Part shown: one piece after another, positions 1-11,303 of the stretch
How the letters are laid out: each line of letters opens with the position of its first letter
Position numbering within the stretch: the first letter of the stretch is position 1
Origin: Octopus bimaculoides
Lineage: Eukaryota
Assembly (NCBI RefSeq): GCF_001194135.2
Contig: NC_068982.1
Location: forward strand, 16,085,810 to 16,149,809
Reading direction: 5' to 3'
Length of the DNA: 64,000 nucleotides
The notes under the pieces: model-generated
What the model was told of the DNA's origin: nothing
What the model saw: the letters and a program-made list of their open reading frames with translations, nothing else
Database searches by the model: none
Program-made: the position numbers and the translations under genes

Positions 1-44
<44 letters not shown>

Positions 45-90
45 TGTGTGTGCGCACGCGCGTGGGGAGAGAGAGAGAGAGAGAAAGAGA
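1..90. repeat. (TG)n/(GA)n compound microsatellite
   Basis: Direct. Similar (TG)n, (GA)n, (TA)n, (TATG)n and (ATT)n tracts recur throughout, e.g. 18235-18385, 30615-30735, 47330-47580, 59595-59880, 60150-60213. Confidence 0.98.
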
Positions 91-624
91 GAAGTATAGA
101 AATATATTCATATGCATAATATAATATACTTCCTGTATTCACTGTGCTTTCAGACAAGATTTTCATTAGGATTAATCTGTGTTCTTTAAATCATTTAAGA
201 ATAGCATATTCTAATCCAGCACTAGATTAATTGTTGGAAACTTTCACAATTTCCAGAAACGATTGCTGGCTTTCAAGCAATAAGAAATTCTGTTTGAATT
301 CCTACTTAAGTTGATATACCAAAATATATTATTCATCTTATAAATAAACCAAGGAAGAGCTTGTATGTCTGTATATATACATATACCTATTAGTGTATGT
401 ATATATATATATGTGTGTGTATGTAGAGGGAGGGAGAGGAAGAGAGAGTGAGAGAGGGTGTATGAGTGTGTGTGTTGATGGAGTCAACACTTCACCTCTT
501 AGTCATTATCTATTATTAGATCAGCTCTGATTGAGTAAAGCTTATGATCAAAAGTATTTCATACAACACGACTATTTCCTGTTATATTTTTTATACAGTA
601 TATATCTAGGATTGTAAGTGAGAT

Positions 625-880
625 AGATGCGTGACCTAGCGGTTAGAATGTTGCATTTACGATCTGAAGATCGTTATTTCGATTCTCAGACTGGCGGTGC
701 GTTGTATTCTTGAGCTAACCACTTCAGTTTTACGTTGGCCCAGTTCACTCGATTGCAAATGGATAACCCTGCAACGGATCGGTGTTCTGTCCGTAGGGAA
801 ATATGGGCTTGCCAGTCTAGCCAGTGGGGTGGCACCATTCGAAAGCTACAATCATGCGAGCAAGTGCATTGTAACCGGCG
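625..880 (+). mobile_element. Degenerate tRNA-derived SINE (family B head plus CORE-like centre, different tail)
   Basis: Head gatgcgtgacctagcggttag...tttcgattc followed by gcgttgtattcttgagc, matching the 58539 copy. Confidence 0.65.
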
Positions 881-1080
881 GTGTATGACAACACCTGTTA
901 GTCTGGTTGATATAGGGGGAGATGGTGGTGAGCGAAATGTGTAAATGTTTTTCAACTAAGTTTTTTTTCTCCGTTACTTAGCCCGTCTGTAACGCTTTCG
1001 CGTGATTAGTTAAAGGGAAAGGTGAAGAGCTGAAGAAAAGGAGAGGAAAAGATGGTGAAGCGAAGAATGAGAGAGGGAGG

Positions 1081-1112
<32 letters not shown>

Positions 1113-1719
1113 GATGTGTATTAAGTCTATAAAATTGTGCATAAAATATATAAAGTGCATATATAAAGTGCATTAAGTAATCATCGTATTCCAATTTCCT
1201 TCACTTTTCAATGAGTAGCAGACGATCGACTATCTTTTGATACAGGCACAACACAGGCTACGCTTTCAGGTTTTTTGGATAAAGTTTTCAAAAATAACCC
1301 AGTAAGTTTACCATTGATTCCGTGAAATATTCACGGGTCCCGCTAGCAGATATAATTTGAAGAAACTTGGCTGCTATTTCTAGTTGGGCATGCCACCGCA
1401 TAATTGTTTTCTCGTGGGCTTAACTCTTAGTTCTGCTCTATGATATGAAAAGCATGTCATTCTTCGTTACTGTCTATTTGTCACGTTTTCTCAACTCTGG
1501 GAATATGTTGTATGGTATTAATTAAACTGCGTTTAAAATCTTCCCAATATTTTGTCAGCGTTCCAAATGTTCTCTCACTTCCAAGGTATTGTTATCACGA
1601 TTCCAATTTTTTCCTTCATCAAGTACATGTTAACACCACCAGACAGGATCAATGATCAGTATGTTTGACAACGCCAAGCTGAATTAACAGTCAGTACCCT
1701 AGCAACTGAGGAAGTCTCC

Positions 1720-1915
1720 CAATATGGTCGCTGTAGCTGCTAGAAACAACAGTCAAATTTTCTTAAACTACCTCCTCATACTTTTAAAAATATGTATCGG
1801 ATACTGCAGAGCTAGTTACGAAAATAGATGGGATGGTCACAGCTGGAACGCTTTAATAATGTATCTGCTCGATGAGAGCTGGTATAGAGCTAAAGAAAGA
1901 TTAATAACAACTTGT
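1720..1915. mobile_element. Dispersed repeat family E fragment
   Basis: Motifs gctagaaatagcagccaaat and gatgggatggtcacagctggaa are shared with ~500-620, 1365-1400, 9360-9600, 10255-10400 and 23855-24490. Confidence 0.55.
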
Positions 1916-2610
1916 ATGTATTTTTTTTTCCTTTTCGTAATTGCTTTGAGCAAGACAAAGCGCTACGCCCAAAGCAGTCTCAGATATTGGTAAAACTAAT
2001 GTTAACATCTCGCTTGAAATGCCACAAGTCGACAGATGCAGAAATAATAGAGAAAAAAAAAACATCTGCAAGAAAAGAATTCTAAAAGAATTTTCATGTC
2101 ATCAATATTGTAACCTTCAACCATGCGTTTACACTTTATTTTACGTTCTCTCTCCTTTTCATTTTCTATTCTATCTTAAACACATCCTCTTATCAGTTGT
2201 AAATACTATTCTCTTTGGTTCATATTTTCCCTTCTACGCTGCTGTCACTCGTGTTGGTTCCAGTGATTTGACCATCTGCTTTAATTTATGCCGTTGTTCA
2301 ATACCGCCTCATTCTTTCTCCTGTTAGTTTATATCGTCTGTCATCCATATTTTATAAACAAATATCAATTTTCAAGGGAGCGCTTGAAAATAAATAAGTG
2401 CACTTATTCGCCTGATGGGCGATATATAAAATTTAGTTCAATAAAATAAACTACACTTTTCACTCACCCAGCACCACCACCTCCCCCCATCAACATCACC
2501 ACCACTTCATACCTCTTTTTCTTTCTATTTCTTACTTTAAAATTTTTTTTAACTATGTCATTTCCCTCTCCGTGTCGTTATGTCCCCTCCCTCTCTCTCT
2601 CTCCCTCCCC

Positions 2611-2644
2611 NNNNNNNNNNNNNNNNNNNNNNNNNNNNNNNNNN
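2611..2644. other. Assembly gap (N). Other gaps: 14071-14199, 29505-29604, 32779-33082, 34293-34471, 43506-44164, 48734-49156
   Basis: Runs of N. Confidence 1.
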
Positions 2645-3253
2645 TCTATATATATATATATAACTATCTGCTTTCCTTCAACCTCACCGCTACATCACCT
2701 TCCGCTAAAGATTGCATTTCTAACTTTCTCTACATCTCTCCGTCCAACTAACTTTTTAACCACGTAATAACTATTACTTTCCTCCTACCGCACGTGGTTA
2801 GCATTTCTCTCCCTCTTTTTCTCTTTTTCTGTGCCTCTCCCTTCAATTAACCACCTGATAACATAACGAGTTCGGCCTTAGCGTATTAAAATATAGATAA
2901 TATCGATGATATTGATGATGATGATGATGATGATAGCAAAAGACCAATTGATCTTCCAATTGACATATAGTTCTAAGTTTCAGCTTGAGCACTGCGATAA
3001 TACTAAGAAAACGAGTTAAAGTTGCGGCAAAAAGAAAGACGATGAATAATGAAAGCACAGAAAGAATGAAAGACTGAAGCAAAAACTTTTAAAGTATCGA
3101 CTAAATTTTGCAACTCTTTTCAAATGAAAGAAAAACAGAAAATATAAATTTGTAACAGTATCGAAGAAAAACTTGTGCAGTAAACGAGCTGACTTCCATT
3201 TGGCTGTACAACCTGGCTTAGAATAGTTAATAATCTCCCAAACCACACTACCA

Positions 3254-3412
3254 CAGTAGCGTAGCTAGTGGGTGGAAAGTGGGGACTTGTGCCCAGGCAA
3301 AATTTTTGTTTCATAAACTTGCATGAGAGGTTGGAATACAAGGTAGGGGTGGGGGTGTAACACACAAACTTGAGGACTGCTCAGGGCACCACATATTCTA
3401 GCTCGATCACTG
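3254..3412. mobile_element. hAT-type MITE
   Basis: Imperfect TIRs cagtagcgtagctag / ctagctcgatcactg; 8-bp TSD cactacca (3246-3253) / ctctacca (3413-3420), 7/8 match. Confidence 0.75.
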
Positions 3413-3439
3413 CTCTACCAAAATCAGACACATTCAATT

Positions 3440-3850
3440 AAATACTTGTGCTTGTGGCAGCATTCACCTGGGAGGTCTGTATCGGGGGGATTGAGCTGGC
3501 TCCAACCGACAAGTTCACCAGGTCCCTCATGTAAACTGACAAAACCTGACGGTCGACTCTTGCGTTCCTGTTGGCAAAGTAATGCTTCTGTCTGCAGCCC
3601 AAACATCCAGCTTCCAAATTTGATAAATGCACCACTGGGAGGGCAAGGGCGTCGGCCTAACCGTAGTCGTCATTCATTTTTGAGGTGTAGAGTTCATGTT
3701 TGGAGTTTCAGAGGGAATCCAAGTTCACATTGGGTCCCCGGTCACATGCATAAACACTTTGCGACAGTGTGACTCATAGCAGATTATCTTGCCTTTGATT
3801 GTTGACCGTCGCAAAGGATTCGCTGACCAAGTCACTACCGATCTTCATAA
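3440..3850 (+). pseudogene. Possible highly decayed RTE-type LINE RT fragment
   Basis: Frame WEVCIGGIELAPTDKFT.SL resembles the RTE motif I.G..LE.VDKF.YLGS. The rest is heavily disrupted. Confidence 0.3.
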
Positions 3851-3869
3851 TTGGAGTGGAGAGTATGCT

Positions 3870-4290
3870 TTTGAAGAAAAGAGAGGATGAAGAAAATTAT
3901 GGAGAAAAGAGAGGATGAAACGGATAAACTGTCCACAGTCTGTCTACCCTATGTGAAACGCCTCTCCGAAAATATACAAAAGATATGCAGCCCATATGAC
4001 ATCAGGACAGTATTCAAAAGTGATACACTTCGCAAATATCTCCTTCCAGTAAAACCACCAATAAAAGAGAATGTGACTAAGAACTGCATGTACTCCATCC
4101 CATGCAGCTGTGGTAGGTTATACAAAAGCGAAACATGATGCCCACTCAAAATAAGGGTAGAGGAACATCGCAAAGCTGTGACACAACAACCTCCTAAGCA
4201 GACCGAGTGCAGATTTGAAGAGCATATGGGAACCGGTATTAAGGAAGGATATGAGGATATTAGATTTATAAGCCCTAAAATTCACTCCAT
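3870..4290 (+). pseudogene. Penelope-like element 3' fragment, GIY-YIG endonuclease
   Basis: VCLPYVKRLSENIQKIC..DIRTVFKS..LRKYL..VKP...KNCMYSIPCSCGRLYKSET*CPLKIRVEEHRKAV, with an in-frame stop at 4136-4138. Confidence 0.85.
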
Positions 4291-4300
4291 AATTGCCCAC

Positions 4301-4365
4301 GGGCATATGACGTAGTGTTTAAGAGCGCGGGCTACTAACCCCAAGATTCCGAGTTCGATTCCAGG
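4301..4365 (+). promoter_or_regulatory. tRNA-like head (Pol III A/B boxes), not a complete tRNA
   Basis: A-box-like tgacgtagtgt, loop ct-act-aa and B-box gagttcgattcc. No 3' acceptor strand. Confidence 0.75.
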
Positions 4366-4435
4366 TAGTGATCTGAATAATAGTAATATCGAAACATACA
4401 CTAGGAATGAGAACCCAGGTTCGAAATTTCCCCAA

Positions 4436-4481
4436 GACACCTGATGAAGGCTGGAGGGTATATCAGCCGAAACGTTGTGTT
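4436..4481 (+). ncRNA. Minimal type I hammerhead ribozyme (Penelope-type)
   Basis: gacac-CTGATGA-a-ggctg-gagggtatat-cagcc-GAAA-C-GTT-gtgtt. Intact core, 5-bp stem II, stem I gacac/gtgtt, palindromic AACGTT stem III. Confidence 0.85.
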
Positions 4482-4876
4482 AACAACAAACAAACAAGAT
4501 GAGGATAAATATCCGTCAATTGTAAATAATGTACATAATTCCTCATCTCTTAAATATAAAACTCTTCAAGAACAACAACGGTCCGCTGAACTATTTCCAG
4601 TCAACAGTATTTGATATCTATTTTTGTCAATGTTGTTCAAATACATACCTCTGGCCACTCTAAGTTAATTCTCTCAGCTCATTTTTATTTAAATTATGTA
4701 CATTACTTAGGCCATAAATGTATTCCACCGTTTTTGTATATGTCTAAGTCCCCTCGCTGCTTGAGATAACAATGGACAGTTGTCATTATGATGGTGGCTA
4801 TTTAGTCAGAAACACGTGTCCATGACTGTCCTCTTATCTCCAGGCAATAAGCCTGTCTTTCTAAATGGCATGTCAA

Positions 4877-5264
4877 GGATCTGTTCAGTTTGGCTCACAG
4901 ATTTAATTATGTTTTTTTTTTAACTAAACAGTTTTAACTAAACAAAGGCAGTAAACGAAAAGTAAAATAGAAAAGAGTGGTGACATTTAGTAGAGATGAC
5001 CCGGAAGTTGTTCCTCTTCGATTACTATCCCAAACAGCAATAGCTTTCTTCATCTGAATACACGTCATTGTTTGGTTAAAATTACCCAAATACGACTACA
5101 TTAACACGAAATAACTTCTAAAATACGAAATTTTGTCCAAAATGTCAAAAATGTCAAAAATGTTCAAAGTGAACCGAGTTCAGCGTGAGAAATTACACCA
5201 ATATACGAGTTTCAAACTGTTTAGTTAAAAAAAAATTAATCTGCGAGTCAAATTGAACAGATCC
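4877..5264. mobile_element. Non-autonomous TIR element with GGATCT termini (Merlin-like by structure)
   Basis: ~55-bp imperfect TIRs ggatctgttcagtttggctcacagatt... / ...aatctgcgagtcaaattgaacagatcc; degenerate 8-bp TSD catgtcaa/tatgtcag. Confidence 0.75.
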
Positions 5265-6329
5265 TATGTCAGCTTTAGAAAATCCTTGATTCTCGAGATT
5301 ATCACCCCTTTTCATATAGAGCTGGTCTTCATTGCCATTTCGTAATTATTTAGTACGAGAGATTGAAAAGGAAGAGTGAAGTGTAGTGTCGGAAAGAAAC
5401 AGAGGACGCTAAGCTGAGAAAAAAAAGTTAGTATGGGAATGAATTAAGGCACTTGTGAACGTGACAGGAGGATAGAATGGAAGAATGACTGGAGGAATGG
5501 ACAGGTAGAAGGCAGTGACATTTGGGAAATTAGCAATTAGCGATTGAACCAGCACATTATTTGGTAATTATGGTGCTTTCTCTAGAGGCAGAGATAATTT
5601 TAATAAATCAAAAATTTATGTTGAATGGTATTTGATAGAGCCGTATTCGTCTATGTTGTTATACAGTTTTGTTTAACTCCAAAATAAAATTAGGAAAATG
5701 TGCTGATGTTACAACTAAATGAAATACAAAAGAAAAATAAAACTGTAAAAGAATTTAATATGAAGAAAAATATACAATTGTATATACAAACAGAAAAATA
5801 CTCACGGAAAGTAACGAAACAGACCGAAAACAAATATATAAACAAGCAAATAAGGAATCGAAGAATTGGGCTATAAACACTTTCTTTTAAGTGAAAGAAA
5901 AAACACCTTAACGGATAATCTTATAACCGTAAGATGGATTAGACGAGTCAACATATACCGAATATTCAAAATAAAACAATTGACATTAACACGTAATAAA
6001 CACACTCGAACACACACACACACACAATGATATTCACACATAACATACACAGAAATACATAAACACGCATACACACTTTGTCGTCTGCGATAGAGATAAC
6101 CTATAGTAACGTTAATGTAATTACTGGAAATTTAAGCGAACTGCTTAATTTGATTGTAGGAATTTTAATCTCTGCACAAGATCATTTGCCTGTCCACTAA
6201 GAAATTAAATGCAAATTATTGCATTTGTTGTTTTGAAACGAATCTTGGATGTTTAATGAACCCCACCCACCACCATCACCAATTCCCATACATCAACTCA
6301 CAGAGATCGAAAGAAGGCGAAGCATAAAC

Positions 6330-6530
6330 TAAGTGAAATTGTGATGGTGGTGGTGGTGGTAGGTGCAATAATAATAGTGATGTTTGAGGTGGCGACGGCA
6401 GTTGTGGCGGCGGCGGCGGTTGTGGTAGTAGGAGTAGTAGTAGTGATAGCAGTAGCGGCGGTAGAGTAGTAGTAGTAGCAGTAGCGGCGGTAGTAGTAGT
6501 AGTTGTAGTAGCAGTAGCAGTAGTAAAAAT
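6330..6530. repeat. Compound trinucleotide repeat (GGT/GGC/AGT/AGC)
   Basis: Direct; explains the low-complexity ORF 6329-6583. Confidence 0.9.
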
Positions 6531-6566
6531 GTTTGCGGTGATAGTCGCAACAGTTGAAGAAAAAAA

Positions 6567-6969
6567 TATTCTTTTCTACTCAAGGCACAAGGTCTGAAAT
6601 TTTCGGGGAGGGGGCCAGTCGATTAGATCGACCCCAGTACCCAAGTGGTACTTAGTTTATCGACCCCGAAAAAAATGAAAGACAAAGTCGACCTCGGCGG
6701 AATTTGAATTCAGAACGTAAAGACAAACGAAATACCTATTTCATTATTGCCCACAAGGGGCTAAACATAGAGGGAACAAACAAGAACAGACGAACGGATT
6801 AAGTCGATTACATCGACCCCAGTGCGTAACTGGTACTTAATTTATCGACCCCGAAAGGATGAAAGGCAAAGTCAACCTCGGCGGAATTTGAACTCAGAAC
6901 GTAACGGCACACGAAATACCGCTAAGCATTTCGCCCGGGGTGCTAACGTTTCTGCCAGCTCGCCGCCTT
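6567..6969 (-). mobile_element. Family D tRNA-SINE dimer (two head-to-tail copies, junction ~6736)
   Basis: Sense head gaaggcggcgagctggcagaaacgttagc, B-box gagttcaaattcc, body ggggtcgataaattaagtacc, two different tails. Confidence 0.9.
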
Positions 6970-7184
6970 CGATGAAAAAATATTAACATCATTGATTTGT
7001 TACTTTGGCATTCATACTATCGGCTTGTGCGAAGGCGGGGCTATACCTATTCTCCTCCCATGCCCCCCGATACTAGTGAGATCAAAAGGTTAATGTTGAA
7101 TTTGAACAAAAATTGTCAGTAGAAGCTTGAAGGAAATACTTCTGCAGAGAAGGTACTCCAGAGGAGTATGTATGGGGATAGATA

Positions 7185-7580
7185 ATAGGCACAGGGGTGG
7201 CTGTGTGGTAAAAAGTTTGCTTCCCAATCACATGGTTTCGAGTTCAGTCCCACTGCGTAGCACCTTGGGCAGATAGATGTCCTCTATTCTATCCTCTGGC
7301 CGACCAAAGCCTTGTGAGTGGATTTGGTAGACGGAAACTGAAAAGAAACTTGTCACACACGTGCGCGTGTCTTTGCGTTTGTACCCCACCACTGTTTGAT
7401 AACTATTGTTGGTTTGTTAAAGTAACTTGGCGGTTCGGCCAAAGTGACCGATAGAATAAGTATCGGGCTCGAAATGATATGTAACTGGGGGGTCGATTCA
7501 TTCGACTAAAAAAAAAAAGAATTCTTCAAAATAGTGCCCCAGCATGGTCACAGTCTAACACCTGAAACAGGTAAGAGATA
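7185..7580 (+). mobile_element. Family C tRNA-SINE (resembles octopus OR-type)
   Basis: ataggcacaggggtggctgtgtggt...ccttgggca...gccttgtgagtggatttggtagacggaaactgaaag, tail ctgaaacaggtaagag. Confidence 0.9.
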
Positions 7581-7623
7581 AACGATAACAGAAACCGTAT
7601 TTGATGGCATAAAAGATGGCCAT

Positions 7624-8590
7624 GTTAGATGCACCGAATTTTCAGCAGCCTATATTCGGGAAAGAAAGGGTAAACCATTTAGCATTCAAACCGGCCAGAT
7701 CCGGCCAAAATATTCTATTTGTTTTATATTCAAACCAGCCAAATTTGGCCTCTCATTCATAGCCTACAATGTCATTTTAAGAATGACAGTCACATCATTG
7801 AAATATTGAAGCTACAAGATAATGTAAGATTTATTTAAATCAATATAAATAAGTAAACGTCATATTTGACAGATTAATCTAGATGCTAAAGGTCTGGGTC
7901 CATCTTCGCAAAGTGGTTTTTGAGACATTTTTGAGGGTAAAAATTGTCTCTTGTATACCATTAATCACGGTAAGTGACAACAAGGAGAGATGTGTGAGTT
8001 AGGAAAGCCTATGCTGAAGTATTACGTACTGTTCGTATTTAAAGGGCGAATTTAAAGGGCGAATATTGTTTTAGTAACTGCTTTATGTTAGATGCACGGA
8101 ATTTTCAGCAGTCCATATTCGGGAAAGAATGGATTAACATTCAAACCGGTGAGATCCGACCAAAATATTCCATGTTTTATATTCAAACTAGACTGTCACA
8201 TCATTGAAATATTGAAGCTACAAGATAATGTAAGATTAATTCAAAACAATATAAAGAATAAATATTGTATTTGGGGACGGTCATGTTGCCAGTTTAACAC
8301 ACCCACTATATATTTGGTGTTCATTTGCTTCAGCTTTATTTTATATTAATCGTATTTCGGCCTGAGTTCTTTCGTCACACATCTGTCATATTTGACAAAT
8401 TAATATGAATGCCAAAAGTTTGATCCCATCTTTGTAAAGTGGATTTTGAGACATTTTTGAGGGTAAAAATTGCCTCCTGTATGTCTCTTGTATGCCATTA
8501 AAAGGAGAGACGTGTGAGTTAGGGGAACCTGTGTAAAGTTATTACATACTGTTTGTATTTAAAGGGCGAATACAATATTGTTTTAGTAAA
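7624..8590. repeat. Two-unit tandem duplication (~465-500 bp), each unit containing a piggyBac-like MITE remnant
   Basis: gttagatgcac.gaattttcagcag at 7624 and ~8087; shared internal blocks; unit 2 carries a ~110-bp insert at ~8272-8385. Confidence 0.85.
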
Positions 8591-9179
8591 TGCATCTTTC
8601 TGCTAATGAAGGGCGATACAAGAGCCCTTTGAGGTGGGGCAACTGATGGAGCGAGTGTCGCTGGCCATTTTCCACGGCAACACCTTTGCAATCATGTCCA
8701 CGAGGCGTGGCTGAACACCTCATTTGTTCTGGGGTATGCAACAAGTTACTCCCTTCTCGTCTCACCCGTCTTCTGCTGCTTAATCCACCCCTTTTTGTCT
8801 TCTTTGTTTCCATGGTGAGATAGTTATGGTGTTTTTTTTTTCTTGATAATTTGATCTTTATACATTTTTTTCTTTCTTTTCTTCCTGTGAAAACGTTGTT
8901 AATAAAATGAAGTTATGAGTCGAAAAAAAGAATTGGAATGGTTCCATGAGAGAAACGAGTGTCATTCTACATGGAGTCAGTGAAGGTTTGGTACAAGGTA
9001 CCCAAGTTTCCCGTTCAATATAGTCGATTCAGAGTGGGAGAAAGAGAGGAAGAGGGAGAAACAGAGAGAGAGAGAGAGAGAGAGAAAGAGCAATAGAGAG
9101 AAAAAGAGAGGGAGAGAGAGAGAGAGAGAAAAGAGAGAGGGAGAGAGAGAAAGAGAAAGATGGTAATAAAAAGAAACCA

Positions 9180-9345
9180 GTATATGGATGGTACTTTATT
9201 TATCAACCCTGAAATGGTGAAAAGCAAAGTCAACCTCGGCAAGGTTTGAACTTAGAACGCAGAGAGATAGAACAAATACCATGAAGCATTCTAGCCATAA
9301 AGCATTCTACCATAAAGCATTCTCACAACTCTAGCAATTGGCCAC
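9180..9345 (-). mobile_element. Degenerate family D SINE
   Basis: gtactttatttatcaaccctgaaatggtgaaaagcaaagtcaacctcggc. Confidence 0.75.
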
Positions 9346-9737
9346 TTTACTAGAAAGTGTAAGACCAATGACAGAGCCTCTATATGGTTATTCAACTTAC
9401 TAAAAAAGCAGCCAAAATTTCCTAAAATTCAACCGAACATCTAAAATATATAAGTCGTATTCAAATTAATGACTGCGTCTTTTACGGAATGCTCGACAGA
9501 CGAATGGAGTAGTTTTCGTCATGACGTGTATTGGGGGTCGCTCGTAGAGCAGTCTTTGATCATAAGTCTGCTCCTTAACCTGGGGTTAAACAACTAGGAA
9601 TAGTTATGCTGTTTTATTGAAAGAGAAGTAAGTTGGAGATGTCTGATCAATTTAGTAGACCCATGATAAAAAGGCTTATATTCAGGAACATCCTATCAAG
9701 GACTATATTATTTAGTCTCTACCTAGAGGCTTGATGT

Positions 9738-10118
9738 GTGGAGGCGCAATGGCCCAGTGGTTATGGCAGCGGACTCGCGGTTTCGATTCCCAGACCGGGC
9801 GTTGTGAGTGCTTATTGAGCGAAAACACCTAAAGTTCCACGAGGCTCCGTCAGAGGATGATGGTGAACCCTGCTGTACTCTTTCACCACAACTTTCTCTC
9901 ACTATTTCCTCCTGTTTCTGTTGTGCCTGTAATTCAAAGGGTCAGCCTTGTCACACTGTGTCACGCTGAATATCCCCGAGAACTACGTTAAGGGTATACG
10001 TGTCTGTGGAGTGCTCAGCCATTTGCACGTTAATTTCACGAGCAGGCTGTTCCGTTGATCGGATCAACTGGAACCCTCGACGTCGTAAGCGACGGAGTGC
10101 CAACAAACAAAACAAAGT
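9738..10118 (+). mobile_element. Family A tRNA-SINE with TSD
   Basis: Head ggaggcgcaatggcccagtggtta; tail gagaactacgttaaggg...gacggagtgccaacaa; TSD ggcttgatgt (9728-9737 / 10119-10128). Confidence 0.95.
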
Positions 10119-10447
10119 GGCTTGATGTATCAGAAATAACAGTGAAATCGCTCTCAAGTTACATTCCTATCGTCTTGGAAATGAGGGACACAGTGGATAA
10201 TGTTGTCCAGTCCTACATAAACAGAAAGATACAGACAGTCATGGCTTTAATGGAATTCCTCTGACCTAGTCTTTCTCAATCAAGCCTGACCATGGGCTAA
10301 ACAGCAATAACATTATTCACTGTGTCCTTCCTTTTTTGTACATGATAGTGTTAGATTTGGAAGAGACTTGGTTGCTATTTGTAGCAGGTTGTGCGACCAC
10401 ATACCCACCACATTAGCTTATAATCGCCGATGATATACTCATATCAA

Positions 10448-10873
10448 TTTTTGGCACAAGGCCAGCAATTTCGGGTAAGGGAGTAAGTCGATTGCATTCC
10501 CAGGATTCAACTGGTTCTTATTTTATCGACCCCGAAAGGATGAAAGGAAAAGTCGACCTCGGTGGAATTTGAATGCAGAGTATAAAGACGGACGAAATGC
10601 CCGGACTCGTTTTTTTTTTCCGGCGTACTAACGTTTCTTATTTCTTTATTGCCCACAAGGGGGCTACACATAGAAGAGACAAACAAGGACAGACAAAGGA
10701 ATTACGTTGATTACATCGACCCCAGTGCGTAACTGGTACTTAATTTATCGACCCCGAAAGGATGAAAGGCAAAGTCGACCTCGGCGGAATTTGAACTCAG
10801 AACGTAACGGCAGACGAAATACCGCTAAGCATTTCGCTCGGCGTGTTAACGTGTCTGCCAACTCGCCGCCTTC
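10448..10873 (-). mobile_element. Family D SINE dimer (junction 10637/10638)
   Basis: Same architecture as 6567-6969. Confidence 0.9.
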
Positions 10874-10894
10874 AAAATTTTTAATAATGGCTTC

Positions 10895-11100
10895 AAATTT
10901 TGGCACAAGGCCAGCAGTTTTTGTGGGTAGGGTGAAGTCGATTGCTTTGACCCCAGCACTCGACTGGTACTTATTTTATAGAGTCATAAAGGATGAAAAG
11001 TTAAGTCGACCTCGATGGAATTTGAACTCAGAACGTAAAGACAGATGGAATGCCCCTAAGCATTTTACCGGGCGTGCTAACGGTTCAGCCAGTTCATTCT
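10895..11100 (-). mobile_element. Family D SINE
   Basis: ttttggcacaaggccagc...gtcgacctcgatggaatttgaactcagaacgt. Confidence 0.85.
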
Positions 11101-11129
11101 CTTTTCAAAATACTTAATAATCCTTTCTA

Positions 11130-11303
11130 CAATAGGCACAAGACCTGAAATTTCTGGGGAGGAGGATAGTCAATTATATCGAACCCTGAAAGAATAGAAG
11201 GCTAAGTCGACCTCGACGGGATTTGAACTCAGAACAGTAAGACAAACGAAATGCCGCAAAGCATTTTGCTCGGCATGCTAGCGATTCTGCCAGCTCACTG
11301 CCA
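11130..11303 (-). mobile_element. Family D SINE with internal deletion
   Basis: ggcacaagacctgaaatt...gtcgacctcgacgggatttgaactcag. Confidence 0.85.

Noticed and set aside
4301-4365. Functional tRNA gene (also all the SINE heads)
   Set aside because: No complete acceptor stem and a weak anticodon stem; the heads continue into SINE or TE bodies.
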